DNA from: Octopus sinensis
Lineage: Eukaryota
Assembly: GCF_006345805.1 (NCBI RefSeq)
Contig: NW_021836986.1
Location: forward strand, 1 to 21,903
DNA length: 21,903 nt
Reading direction: 5' to 3'
The position numbers and the translations under genes are program-made. Shown one piece after another: positions 9,607 to 19,618 of the stretch. The first letter of the stretch is position 1; each line of letters begins with the position of its first letter. The notes under the pieces are model-generated. The model was not told the DNA's origin and ran no database searches. It was given only the letters and a program-made list of their open reading frames with translations.

Positions 9607-9769
9607 GACGGGCTTCTTTCAGTTTCCGTCAACCAAATCCACTCACAAGTCTTTGGTCGGCCTGACGCTATATTAGAAGATACTTGCCCAAGGTGCCACG
9701 CAGTGGGACTGAATCCGGAACCAAGTGGTTTGTAAGCAAGCTACTTACCACACAGCTATTCCTGCGCCT
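9606..9769 (-). mobile_element. SINE family A, 5' half (tRNA-like head plus CORE-like segment)
   Basis: Minus head AGGCGCAGGAATAGCTGTGTGG (A-box), GATTCAGTCCC (B-box-like), then GGCACCTTGGGCAAG resembling the CORE domain. It joins (TA)n at 9575-9605. Confidence 0.88.
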
Positions 9770-10491
9770 ATCTCCAGAAAACTGGAAAACCCCTAAATCT
9801 GGGCCAGATCCGGTCCCAAGCTTGCTGGATATTTGATCTGGTATCATATTTAGCAGTTAATATATAAATTTGTATTCTTTTGGCCTAACATTCGTCAACT
9901 CATGAAACTAAGATGAAATACGTTGGTATATTAGACATTAGTGGAAGAAAACAGTCTGCACAGTCAAGGTGGAGATCGGATTATAGGAGTAAGTGAAGGA
10001 TTATTAGATATACAATTTGATTCATTTAGGGAGGGAGGGTTCGTATCGGGCCAGTAACCAATCAAAATCGTTATCGCTAACTTCGCGCGCCGAAGTGTAC
10101 GTTATGCTAATAGCGTTCAAGGACGTCTATGCCGCATGACACAACCCAGGCAGTTCTAAACAGTTGCTGCACCTTAATTTACAAATATATACACAACAGA
10201 GTACAACTCACTTCTGTGGTGAATCATTCACTTCACACATACACACATTGCTCATATTCTTTATAAATAAAACCATAAAAACAGCATTTGCGGTTGGCTA
10301 GCAAATTTTCATCTATCAACAATCACGATTATAGCTTTGAAAAATTTCAAGATATAATTTTAACATTTTACATAAATTTGAATCCACGAACTTCTAAGCC
10401 TGGTTATTTTTGTAGATATTCTTCGAAGATGTGACTTAAACCTTTCACACGATTAGTTTAAATTTAAGACGGAAAATTTGCAGTTACTTAT

Positions 10492-10636
10492 CTTTTATTT
10501 GTTTCGGTCATTGGACTGAGGTTATGCTGGGGACGCCACCTTAAAGGGTTTTAGTAAAACAAATCGCCGCTAGAACTTATCTTTTAAGCTTAGGGTTTAT
10601 TCTGTCGGCCGAAGGTTGTCAAGCGGTGTGGCACTC

Positions 10637-10668
<32 letters not shown>

Positions 10669-11477
10669 CACACACACACAGAGATATAGATATACACGAC
10701 GGGCCTTTTTTTAGTTTCCAATTTCTTTGCTGCCCACAAGTGGCTACACGCAGAGAGGACAAACGGATTAAGTCGATTATATCGACCCCAGTGCGTAACT
10801 GGTACTTATTCAATCGAGATCGAAAGGGTGAAAGACAAAGTCGACCTCGGCGGAATTTGAACTCAGAACGTAGCGGCAGACGAAATACCGCTAGGCTTTT
10901 CGCCCGGCGTGCTAACGTTTCTTATTTCTTTATTGCCCACAAGGGACTACACACAGAGGGGACAAACAAGGACAGATAAACAGATTAAGCCGATTACATC
11001 GATCCCAGTGCGTAACTGGTACTTAATTTATCGACCCCGAAAGGATGAAAGGCAAAGTCGACCTCGGCGGAATTTGAACTCAGAACGTAGCGGCAGACGA
11101 AATACCTATTTCTTTACTACCCACAAGGGGCTAAACACAGAGAGGACAAACAAGGACAGACAAACGGATTAAGTCGATTACATCGACCCCAGTGCGTAAC
11201 TGGTACTTACTTAATCGACCCCGAAAGGATGAAAGGCAAAGTCGACCTCGGCGGAATTTGAACTCAGAACGTAGCGGCAGACGAAATACCGCTAAACATT
11301 TCGCCCGGCGTGCTAACGTTTCTGCGAGTTCGCCGCCTTCTTTTAGTTTCCGTCTTTCAGATCTACTCAGAAGGCTGTGGTGGACCTAAGACTACAGTAG
11401 GAGACACTTGTCCAAGGTATCATGCGGTGGAACTGAACCCGGAACCTTACGATTTGGAAGCAAACTTCTTCCCAACC
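10492..11477 (-). mobile_element. Older family A SINE split by the family C trimer
   Basis: The 3' part (10492-10719) and 5' part (11341-11477) resume at the duplicated TTTTAGTTTCC. Confidence 0.75.
10720..11340 (-). mobile_element. SINE family C trimer with 11-bp target-site duplication
   Basis: Three head-to-tail units at about 10721-10922, 10923-11106 and 11107-11339; only the last has a complete head (AAGGCGGCGA..). TSD TTTTAGTTTCC is at 10709-10719 and 11341-11351. The central CCTTTCATCCTTTCGGGGTCGAT resembles, from memory, the MetaSINE-type domain. Confidence 0.9.
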
Positions 11478-11724
11478 TTGTGTTAAGTTATTATATTACT
11501 TCCATCTTATTTAGCTGATGAGTCAAACAAAGTAATCGAGATATAAACATTTGGCGATCCTATTTTGATGATTAAAATGTAGCTATTTCACTTTTCATAA
11601 ATATTCACGATTCTAAAGTACATTTAAGTATTCCAACGTGGGAAATATTTTTTTAGGGCGAACAATACTTAATCATAATTTGCTCTGTGTTTTTTTTTTT
11701 TTGTTTTTCTTTCTAAATTTACAG

Positions 11725-11881
11725 TATTTCATTGCCTGAAAGATCCACCGGCGTATTAGACGTTCCCCCAATTTCAGCGGCGGATTTTTCAGGGGTACAC
11801 AACTTTGTATATAAGACCAATGGGGATTTTTTGAAACACTTTTTTTTAAAGAAAGGATGCGTTTTATATGCTATCAAACAG
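11725..11881 (+). CDS. Candidate internal coding exon of an unidentified host gene (157 bp)
   Basis: Long polypyrimidine tract plus TTTACAG acceptor (AG 11723-11724) and CAG|GTATTT donor (GT 11882-11883). One frame is open for 52 codons: ISLPERSTGVLDVPPISAADFSGVHNFVYKTNGDFLKHFFLKKGCVLYAIKQ. Protein family not recognised. Confidence 0.5.
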
Positions 11882-12252
11882 GTATTTTAAAGAATGTTAA
11901 TAGTAAATGAAAAAAAAAAAGGTTGTATAAGCTAAATAATAGTCTTTGTTGTAAACAAGAATGCATTTCTTTTCTTAAGATATGACATATGTGTAGGACG
12001 AATCGGAATGGTGACTCGAAAAATGTGGGGGTGGGGCGTGGATGGGGTATGATACAGAAAAATGTAAGAAAGATTGGCATAAACTGATGTCTCTGACATA
12101 GAGAAAAGAAAGACATTATTACTACCCTCAATCAATATGAACCGCTCCTCTGTTGATAGATTTTATTTACTTCAAGCAATTTTCTGTATTTACAAAATGT
12201 GCGTCAGACAAAACTAAGGGAGCGAGCCAATGACTCGTTTTTGGTTGTTGGG

Positions 12253-12288
<36 letters not shown>

Positions 12289-12550
12289 CGATGACGATGA
12301 TGATGACGATGATGATGACGATGATGATGATGATGATGATGATGACGATGAGGATGATGATGATGAGGATGATGATGATGATGATGAAGATAATGATGAT
12401 GATGATGATGATGACGATGATGATGACGATGACGACGATGAGGATGATGATGATGAGGAGGAGGAGGAAGAGGACAACGGCTATGATGCTAATGAGGATG
12501 ATGATGGTGATGACGACGGTGATAACGGCGACGATGATGATGATGATGAG
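12253..12550. repeat. Degenerate (GAT)n trinucleotide array with GAC/GAG variants
   Basis: Directly visible. It produces homopolymer ORFs in several frames on both strands. Confidence 0.95.
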
Positions 12551-12622
12551 AAGGAGGGGAGGAGAAGGTGGAGGAAGAGAAAGAGGAAATTCAGAATAAA
12601 ACCAATAACTTCTTAGTCTCAA

Positions 12623-12828
12623 TGTGGTCGCTCGTCATGCTTGAAGTAGCAGCCAAATCTCTCCTTCAAATCACATTCTTAACATTGTATTGAGCAAAAA
12701 CAAAACAAAAAAGTGTAAAGGAGGGATTACACAACGTAATCCAATCAGAGAAAAACTACGTCTAAATTAAAGATGGGACAGTTACGGTCGGATTATCTTT
12801 GATTATAGGATCCGATTGATGAACAACA
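12623..12828 (+). mobile_element. Interspersed repeat family E (SINE-like, AAC tail), decayed
   Basis: Shares GTGGTCGCT..TGCT(A/T)GAA..AGCAGCCAAATC and a 3' GGA(T/C)GGTC..GATCATAG-like block with 16897-17085, 17124-17310 and 17357-17480. Confidence 0.55.
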
Positions 12829-12835
12829 CCATCCA

Positions 12836-13035
12836 CGACGACGACCACCACCACCACCAAGTTGACGTCGTCGACGACAACCTCTACCACCACCACGTTG
12901 ACGACGACGGCACAACGACGACGACCATCACTACCACCGCCACCACCACCATCATCACCATCACCACCACCACCACCACCGCCACCACCACCACCAACAC
13001 TACCACCACGTTGACAACGACAACGATGACAACCA
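12836..13035. repeat. Degenerate (ACC/ACG)n trinucleotide array
   Basis: Directly visible. It follows the family E tail. Confidence 0.9.
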
Positions 13036-13277
13036 TATTGATTTCACTACTATTTTTCATTTTTCCTTCTTATTTTATAGTTCTTTCTCTAAGATCATCG
13101 AATATCTTTCGGAGATCGATAAACGTTTGATGGAGACACTTCTGATTGTTGTGCCATCAACTGCATCGATTAGGGGATGTCAGCAATGGTATTTACAAAG
13201 GGAGTGGGGGGGCGTTACCATTTCGTGTGCAATCTATGGTTTGAGTATTGAGTATAGCTGTGTGTGTTGTGTATATT

Positions 13278-13510
13278 CCTTTACTTGTTTCAGTTATTAG
13301 ACTCCGACCATGCTGGGGCACCGCATTCAAGAACTTTTAGTATTCCTTTTCACTTTTTAAACCCTAGTACATATTCTATCGCCTTCTTTTGCCGAACCGC
13401 TAGTGTACAGGAACGCGAATAAACCAGCACCGGTTGTAAAGCGGTGGTTGTGCGGCAAACACGCGCGCACGCATATATACACGACGGGCTTCTTTCCGTT
13501 TCCCTCTACT
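13278..13510 (-). mobile_element. SINE family A (older subfamily), head missing
   Basis: Tail GCGGTGCCCCAGCATGGTCGG on minus; the body matches 143-330 and 700-730. Confidence 0.75.
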
Positions 13511-13676
13511 CCCGGATCAGCGATGAGTGATTCAGTGACAAAGGAGGCTACATACATTATCAAGAAAACCAGCTTGGCTATCTATCCTCAGCAGATCCCA
13601 TCACTTCTTTTTTGTGAAATGTTTCGGTAATGTTAACGGTAATTGATAAGTCTTAGTGCGGTGCACGACCAGAAGA

Positions 13677-13742
<66 letters not shown>

Positions 13743-13792
13743 AAGAAGAAGAAGAAGAAGAAGAAGAAGAAGAAGAAGAAGAAGAAGAAGAA
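13677..13792. repeat. (AAT)n(AAG)n compound microsatellite at the 3' end of a family C monomer
   Basis: Directly visible. Confidence 0.95.
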
Positions 13793-14013
13793 TTATAAAC
13801 CTTTCTACCATCGGCACAAGGCCTGAAATTTGGTGGGAGGGGCCAGTCGGTTAGATGGATCCCAGTACGCAACTGGTACTTAATTTATCGACCCCCGAAA
13901 TTTTGACAGGCAAACTCGACCTTGGCGGAATTTGAACGCAGAACGTAGTGACAGACGAATTATCGCTAAGCATTTCGCCCGGCGTGCTAACGATTCTGCC
14001 AGCTCGCCGCCTT
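13793..14013 (-). mobile_element. SINE family C monomer with an alternative 3' tail
   Basis: About 13850-14013 matches 11175-11339. 13793-13850 differs from the trimer tail and leads into the (TTC)n(TTA)n array. Confidence 0.85.
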
Positions 14014-14020
14014 CTAATAA

Positions 14021-14103
14021 TTAAATGCTTAGTGGCATTTCGCCTGTCTTTAAGTTCTGAATTCAAATTCCGCCTTTCAGTTTTTCTGGATTGATAAAAT
14101 AAA
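14021..14103 (+). mobile_element. Decayed family C fragment, head-to-head with the previous copy
   Basis: AAATGCTTAGTGGCATTTCG..GTTCTGAATTCAAATTCCGCC..GATAAAATAA matches the sense family C sequence with a deletion. Confidence 0.65.
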
Positions 14104-14105
14104 TA

Positions 14106-14672
14106 TTGGATTGTCCGGAAAGTTCATGCCAATTTTTAACGGAAAGAAAATGGTCAATAAATACTTGCCATTACATTTTTAATCAACCAAATATGAACCA
14201 TTTTGTTGCACAATGCGTCTCCATCTTTCCTTTAACTTGAAAATACTCTCTTCCAAGAATTGAGGTGGTTTCATGGCAAAGAATTCATCAAGCTATCTTT
14301 TTACGTCATCCAAGGAATTGAAATTTTTACCATTAAGACTATTCTGCAGAGACCTGAATAAGTGGAAATCCGAAGGAGCAATATCTGGTGAATATGGCGG
14401 GTGGGGTAACACATCCCAGCCGAGCTGCAGCAATTTTTGTCTGGTTCCCAAAGCATCAAGTGCCGAAAATGAACTTTCTTATCTTCCGTTTAAAAAGGGT
14501 TACAGAATTAACACAGGTTATAGGAACATAAACCTTCTTCCACAAAAAGATAGCTTAAAATGCGCTCTAAATGGGGGTGTAGTCAAATCCTATTTTACGG
14601 ACTCAACCATGTTCTAAAATAAGTCGAAAGGTAAGCTAGTGTAAATCGGCACAAACTTTCCGGACAACCCAA
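14106..14672 (-). mobile_element. Internally deleted mariner (DD34D family) transposon with TIRs and TA duplication
   Basis: TIRs at 14104-14135 and 14643-14674 match 28/32 including the TA. TA is at 14104-14105 and 14673-14674. Confidence 0.93.
14179..14489 (-). pseudogene. Mariner transposase remnant: N-terminal 15 codons joined to the C-terminal ~88 codons
   Basis: (ACG)EDKKVHFRHLMLWE joined to TRQKLLQLGWDVLPHPPYSPDIAPSDFHLFRSLQN...KERWRRIVQQNGSYLVD*, with one internal stop. Confidence 0.9.
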
Positions 14673-14860
14673 TACCAGTTGAACACTGCAGTCAACAAGC
14701 CCTCTCCATCAAAATCTCAGCATTTGTGCTTATAGTAGAAAAGATTCTGAAAAGAATGGCTTTCGATTAGAATCAAAAGAACTTCGTATTATTTAAATAT
14801 TGGCTTTAATGTCCTGAATTAAAATTTAACCGAGATTAACTCTGCTTTTCATCCTCTTAG

Positions 14861-14998
14861 GGACAATAGAATAAATAATCGTTGTGTATAGGGGCCGATA
14901 CAATCGACTACGGATTGAATGTGCGACACCGGAGCGTGGTGGCCAAACGACGTACTATTTCTTATAAGGGCTATGAGCAATGGTAGAGGATGCACTAT
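14861..14998 (+). other. Exon-like segment (138 bp) with strong splice signals but stops in all frames
   Basis: TTAAC..TCTGCTTTTCATCCTCTTAG acceptor (AG 14859-14860) and GTAAGT donor at 14999. It begins GGA CAA TAG AATAAA. Confidence 0.25.
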
Positions 14999-15057
14999 GT
15001 AAGTTGTCGTCTGAAAAGCTGAAAATAAAAAAGAATATATAAATAACAAAGAAAAGA

Positions 15058-15208
15058 AGCCACAGGCGTGACTGTGTGGCTAAGAAACTTACCCTCTCAA
15101 CCAAGTGGAATCGCGTTCTGTTCCACAGTGCGGTATCTTGGGCAAGTCCCTTCTACTATAGACACGGACTTTGTAGATGGATATTTGGCAGTCGGACATT
15201 GAAAGAAG

Positions 15209-15289
<81 letters not shown>

Positions 15290-15487
15290 GTGTGTTGAGT
15301 TTGTCCTCCATCATAACTTGACAACCAGTGTTCGATTGTTTACTCCACAGTAACCGAGTGGTTCGCCTAACAGAACCGATAGAGTAAGTAGCAGACCTAG
15401 TAAAAAATATTAGAGTTGATTGGTTCAACTAAACCTGTCAACGCGGTGCCCCAGCATGGCCGCAATTGACTGAAGCTACCAAAAAAG
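15058..15487 (+). mobile_element. Older full-length family A SINE with expanded internal (GT)n (15211-15295)
   Basis: Head CAGGCGTGACTGTGTGG, CORE-like ATCTTGGGCAAGTC and tail GCGGTGCCCCAGCATGGCCGC at 15443-15463. Confidence 0.8.
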
Positions 15488-15489
15488 TA

Positions 15490-15830
15490 AGGCGCAGGAG
15501 TGGCTGTGTGGTAAGTAGTTTGCTTACCAACCACATGGTTCCGGGTTCAGTCCTACAGCGTAGTGGATTTGGTAGACGGAAACTTAAAGAAGCCTGTCGT
15601 ATCTATGTATATATATATATATGTATGTGTGTGTCTGTGTTTGTCCCCACTCAACATCGCTTGACAACCGATGCTGGTGTGTTTATGTCCCAGTAACTTA
15701 GCAGTTCGGCAAAAGAGACCGATAGAATAAGTACTAGGCTTACAAAAAATAACTCCTGGAGTCGATTTGCTCGACTAAAGGCGGTGCTCCAGCATGACCG
15801 CAGTCAAATGACTGAAACAAGTAAAAGATA
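15490..15830 (+). mobile_element. Young family A SINE lacking the ~54-bp CORE-like segment
   Basis: Intact A-box TGGCTGTGTGG and B-box GGTTCAGTCC. The segment present in 9606-9769 is absent at 15561/15562. Confidence 0.88.
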
Positions 15831-15928
15831 TAAAGGATTAAGGAAATCGAAAGTAAGGTATCAACGGTCCAGAGGAAGTTTGTCTCAACACCGAATTGTG
15901 CGACTTGGTGGAAACCTGATAAATGGAG

Positions 15929-15943
<15 letters not shown>

Positions 15944-15983
<40 letters not shown>
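15944..15983. repeat. (AG)n microsatellite
   Basis: Directly visible. Confidence 0.95.
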
Positions 15984-15986
<3 letters not shown>

Positions 15987-16204
15987 GGGATGACAGTGGA
16001 AAAAAAAGGAAAGAGAGAAAATGGTGTAGGATCATTAAATAGAAGGTAGGTGGCGTTTTGTGGTCGTTGGTTGGGGGGGAATCAATGGTGAACACAAACA
16101 TGGTTTGGTGTTTATATGTATTTTTGAGGTAGGACGAAATGAATCAATATGGCGACACGTGCCGGACTGGGACGGACCCCCAGCTTGTTATAATCGTAAA
16201 ACAG

Positions 16205-16207
<3 letters not shown>

Positions 16208-16243
<36 letters not shown>

Positions 16244-16345
16244 TGTGAATGTGGGTGTTGTTTTTGGGTGTGTGGGCGGGTGGACAGACTGTGCATATGC
16301 AGAAAGCGTGTGCAAATGTGTGTGCAAATGTGTGTGTGTGTGTTT
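16208..16345. repeat. (GT)n-rich region
   Basis: Directly visible. Confidence 0.9.
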
Positions 16346-16380
16346 ACACGTGTTGTCTCGCCAATTGGGAAAATTACGGA

Positions 16381-16406
16381 TGCTGCTGCTACTGCTGCTG
16401 CTGCTG

Positions 16407-16445
<39 letters not shown>

Positions 16446-16554
16446 GTACTACTACTACTACTATCACCACCAACATCACTACCCTCACTACTATCACCAA
16501 CACCACATGCCCCACTACTACTACTACTACTACCACCACCAACATCACTACCCC

Positions 16555-16594
<40 letters not shown>

Positions 16595-16800
16595 CATATC
16601 GCTAAAAATGTATTGATATTAGTATCAATACTACCACCTTCACACGTCTCAAGACGACTATCACCTATTACCTTCACCACTGCCACAACCCACCCTACTA
16701 CCGTCATTGTCACCACCATCACCACCACTACCAGTACTACTATTACCTCCACCGTCTACACCACCACCACCAACACCATCACTATTTACACGATTGCTTT
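16381..16800. repeat. Compound trinucleotide array (GCT)n, then (ACT)n, then (ACC)n
   Basis: Directly visible. Confidence 0.92.
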
Positions 16801-16896
16801 TAACTATTACACGACAATAGCAATAACAATGGCTACCATCAGTCTTAAAGTAACATCCTCTCCATCATCAGAGTGGCCACCACCATCAAGAATTCG

Positions 16897-17480
16897 CCTA
16901 GACCTGCAAGAAATAGCAGCCGAATCGCCTTCAAAGCATGTCCTAACATCTTACCATTAGGCAAAGTACATTAGATAATGTAGTCTTTTGTATCACTAAT
17001 ACAGGATGGCCATGGCTAGAACGTCTTTTACCGTTGATCTACTCTATCAATATTGATTGGGGACTAAAGAACAACAACAACAACGACGACGACGACAATA
17101 ACAACTCAATTAAAGAGCCTCTACGTGGTCGCTTTAGATGCTAGAAACAACAGCCTATTAACTTTCACATCGTAGCCTACTGCTTTGCACACGGTAAGGA
17201 AGCTTCCTATGATGTAGTCCCTTGATATACCCGTAAAAAGGTTAGATAGTCGCGGCTGGAACGCCTTTCGACATAGATCTGTTAGATGAAGGTTGAGCTG
17301 GATTGGCTATTCTAAAATAATAATGACAGCAATGATGACCGCGACACCTTGAATAAGGAAAGGAGAAGATATATAAAGTAGTTCTACATAGTACGCAATT
17401 CCTGGTTGCAAGGGACGGTCATATCAGGAACGTCTCTCTGATCATAGTTTTGAAGACTCGATCTACATGGTTAAACAACA
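16897..17480 (+). mobile_element. Three tandem decayed family E copies (16897-17085, 17124-17310, 17357-17480)
   Basis: Mutual similarity of the internal blocks. The first ends GGGGACTAAAGAACAACAACAAC and the third ends GGTTAAACAACAA. Confidence 0.55.
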
Positions 17481-17495
17481 AAGACATTGATGAAC

Positions 17496-18065
17496 ATCGC
17501 CGCCGCCGCTACCACCACCACCATCACCACCACCCAGCACCACCACCACCACCACCACCACCACCATCCAGCACCACCACCACCACCACCCAGCACCACC
17601 AGTATCATCATCATCGTCACCACTACTACCACCATCATCGTCATAATCAACAACAAAACTACTGCTTATACTACAACTACTACTACCACCAATACTATTA
17701 CTACTATCACTACCACTACTACCACCACCGCTGCCACCGCTACCACCACCACCACCACCTCCATCGCTACTACTACTACTACTACTACTTCACTTCTGGA
17801 TCCGTCACTTTACCAACCCACCACCATCACCACACTCATCACTCCCATCGCCACTCCTTATCACAGCCATCATCCCCGCCATACGCAGCACCGTCACCAT
17901 TTCCCCCTACACCACAATAACTATCATCTCCAACATCACCATAACCATATCCCCTTAATCCTCCACCAATCCCCCCCCTATTGTAACCATTATCATCAAC
18001 ACCATCACGCCACCTGCGCACCCATCACTAGCCATCACCACCATCACCAGATACCGACCACAACA
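17496..18065. repeat. Long degenerate (CCA/CAT/CTA)n trinucleotide array
   Basis: Directly visible. Confidence 0.92.
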
Positions 18066-18802
18066 ACACAGATTCTACGTGATGATTAAATTAATAAATT
18101 AACCATTGATTAATTGATCAGACCGTCCAAGCAGCAACTTCCTGGTTACTATAGCAACAATAGTAAGGATTCTCTTTGTCCCTTGTCCATCAATGTTGCC
18201 ACAGCTAGCCTCACCACTCCCTGCCTATCCGAACCCCAGTTTGGTTGGGTAAGAGATCGTACAATTAGTTACTGTCTAATGACCAGATGGGAACAAGACG
18301 TTTGAAAATATGCCGCGCATTACTCCACTACATACGGCAACATTTTCCTTGGACACTCCAGCAGAGAGCTAAGGGCATCTTCTCCCTTTAACTCCCTAAT
18401 TACTTGTTGTGGTTGGTGGTGGAGGTGTTGTTATTTTTTTTTTCCTTTTTGACCAAAGAAAAATAACCTTAGGTTGATTTACTTCCGGTGGTTCAACAAT
18501 GGCCATAGTCTGTCATAAACCGATCTACTATATTGCTTCTATTGAAGCTAAGCTAATTGTTTTCCCAATCACAAAAATTTCATCTTTGCCTTAATTAAAT
18601 AAGAAACAAACAATCTTCATCCTGGATAGAATATGCGTCTATTGTGGATACAAACAGTTCGCGGTTATTCGAAAGACGACAGAAACCATATGTTTCTAAA
18701 CCAGGCTTTTCATCGAAGATAGTTTGTCTTGCTGAACAATGAATTACTTGTTAAATCCACAGTGCTACCCTTAGTTTTGCAACGCTAGATATATAACAGT
18801 GT

Positions 18803-18852
18803 GGTACCTATTTACAGCTGGGTCAACTGAGATGTCGGAAGCAAAGTGCTTT
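18803..18852 (-). mobile_element. Old SINE central-domain remnant similar to family B
   Basis: TTTACAGCTGGGTCAACTGAG..AAAGTG resembles 546-590. Confidence 0.35.
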
Positions 18853-19015
18853 GGTTATGAACCGTTGCCTTAGCTGATTATTCAATTCACAATTGACGCG
18901 ATCATTTATCGGAGAGGTCGGTGAAGACAATCCACAAGATTGTTAAATCTTCCATTCAACGATAATGATTTCTAACGTAGACACAAGACGGCATATTTGA
19001 TCTACCCCACTTTAT

Positions 19016-19090
19016 TACTGGTACTGTGTCTATCGACTCCAAAAGGATGAAAGAAAAAAGTCGAGTATGGTTTTAGAAATCAGAATGTAA
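19016..19090 (-). mobile_element. Decayed family C central-domain fragment
   Basis: ACTGGTAC..TATCGACTCCAAAAGGATGAAAG..AAGTCGA matches 11015-11060. Confidence 0.6.
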
Positions 19091-19099
19091 CTTAACAAC

Positions 19100-19102
<3 letters not shown>

Positions 19103-19141
<39 letters not shown>

Positions 19142-19246
19142 TGTGTGTGTGTGTGGTGTGTGTGTGTGTGGTGTGTGTGTGGTGTGTTTGTGTGTGTGTG
19201 TGTGTATGTATATATATATATATATTATATATATATATATATATAT
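19103..19246. repeat. (AT)n(GT)n(AT)n compound microsatellite
   Basis: Directly visible. A further (AT)n lies at 19553-19638. Confidence 0.95.
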
Positions 19247-19402
19247 GAGAAGAAAATGGATATAATAACTTGGGAAGCTCGTGGTTTTCGCCGGTATGTC
19301 TTTAATTAATTAGATAACAAAGAACGAAGGAGCAAATCTAATTAAAGACATACCAGCGAAAACCATGAGCTTCCCGATGTTAATGTATCAATTTTCTTCT
19401 CC
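19247..19402. mobile_element. Second TA-flanked hairpin (MITE-like) element, unrelated in sequence to 8774-8951
   Basis: 19247-19314 is the approximate reverse complement of 19337-19401 (GAGAAGAAAAT..GGGAAGCTC.TGGTTTTCGC.GGTATGTCTTTAATTA), with a 22-bp spacer. Confidence 0.75.
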
Positions 19403-19553
19403 TATATAACCTAAACTTCGGTTTACCAACCGAACCACCTGCTACCGTACAACCTTACAAAAAAGACTATACCTACCCAGGTTATAACCAGGAGCGTTCT
19501 GGATTTAATTATCCCTTAGAAGTATTATACCCCTCTAACTGATACCTACACTA

Positions 19554-19618
<65 letters not shown>

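Noticed and set aside
10720-11340. CRISPR-like repeat arrays (also 1419-1510)
   Set aside because: Eukaryotic context, no repeat-spacer organisation and no cas genes.
11515-11560. CTGATGAGTC hammerhead-like start
   Set aside because: No matching stem II or GAAA downstream.
12230-12616. Poly-Asp ORF ending in a basic NLS-like stretch (RRRWRKRKRK), superficially like an acidic histone chaperone
   Set aside because: It is a (GAT)n microsatellite that is open in several frames on both strands, with no splice or other coding support.
16112-18089. Long poly-Thr/His/Tyr/Val ORFs (mucin- or His-rich-like)
   Set aside because: These are translations of di- and tri-nucleotide arrays and family E remnants.
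18205-18248. 44-bp mini-exon between CCACAG and GTAAGA
   Set aside because: Too short to assess, and the acceptor is mediocre.
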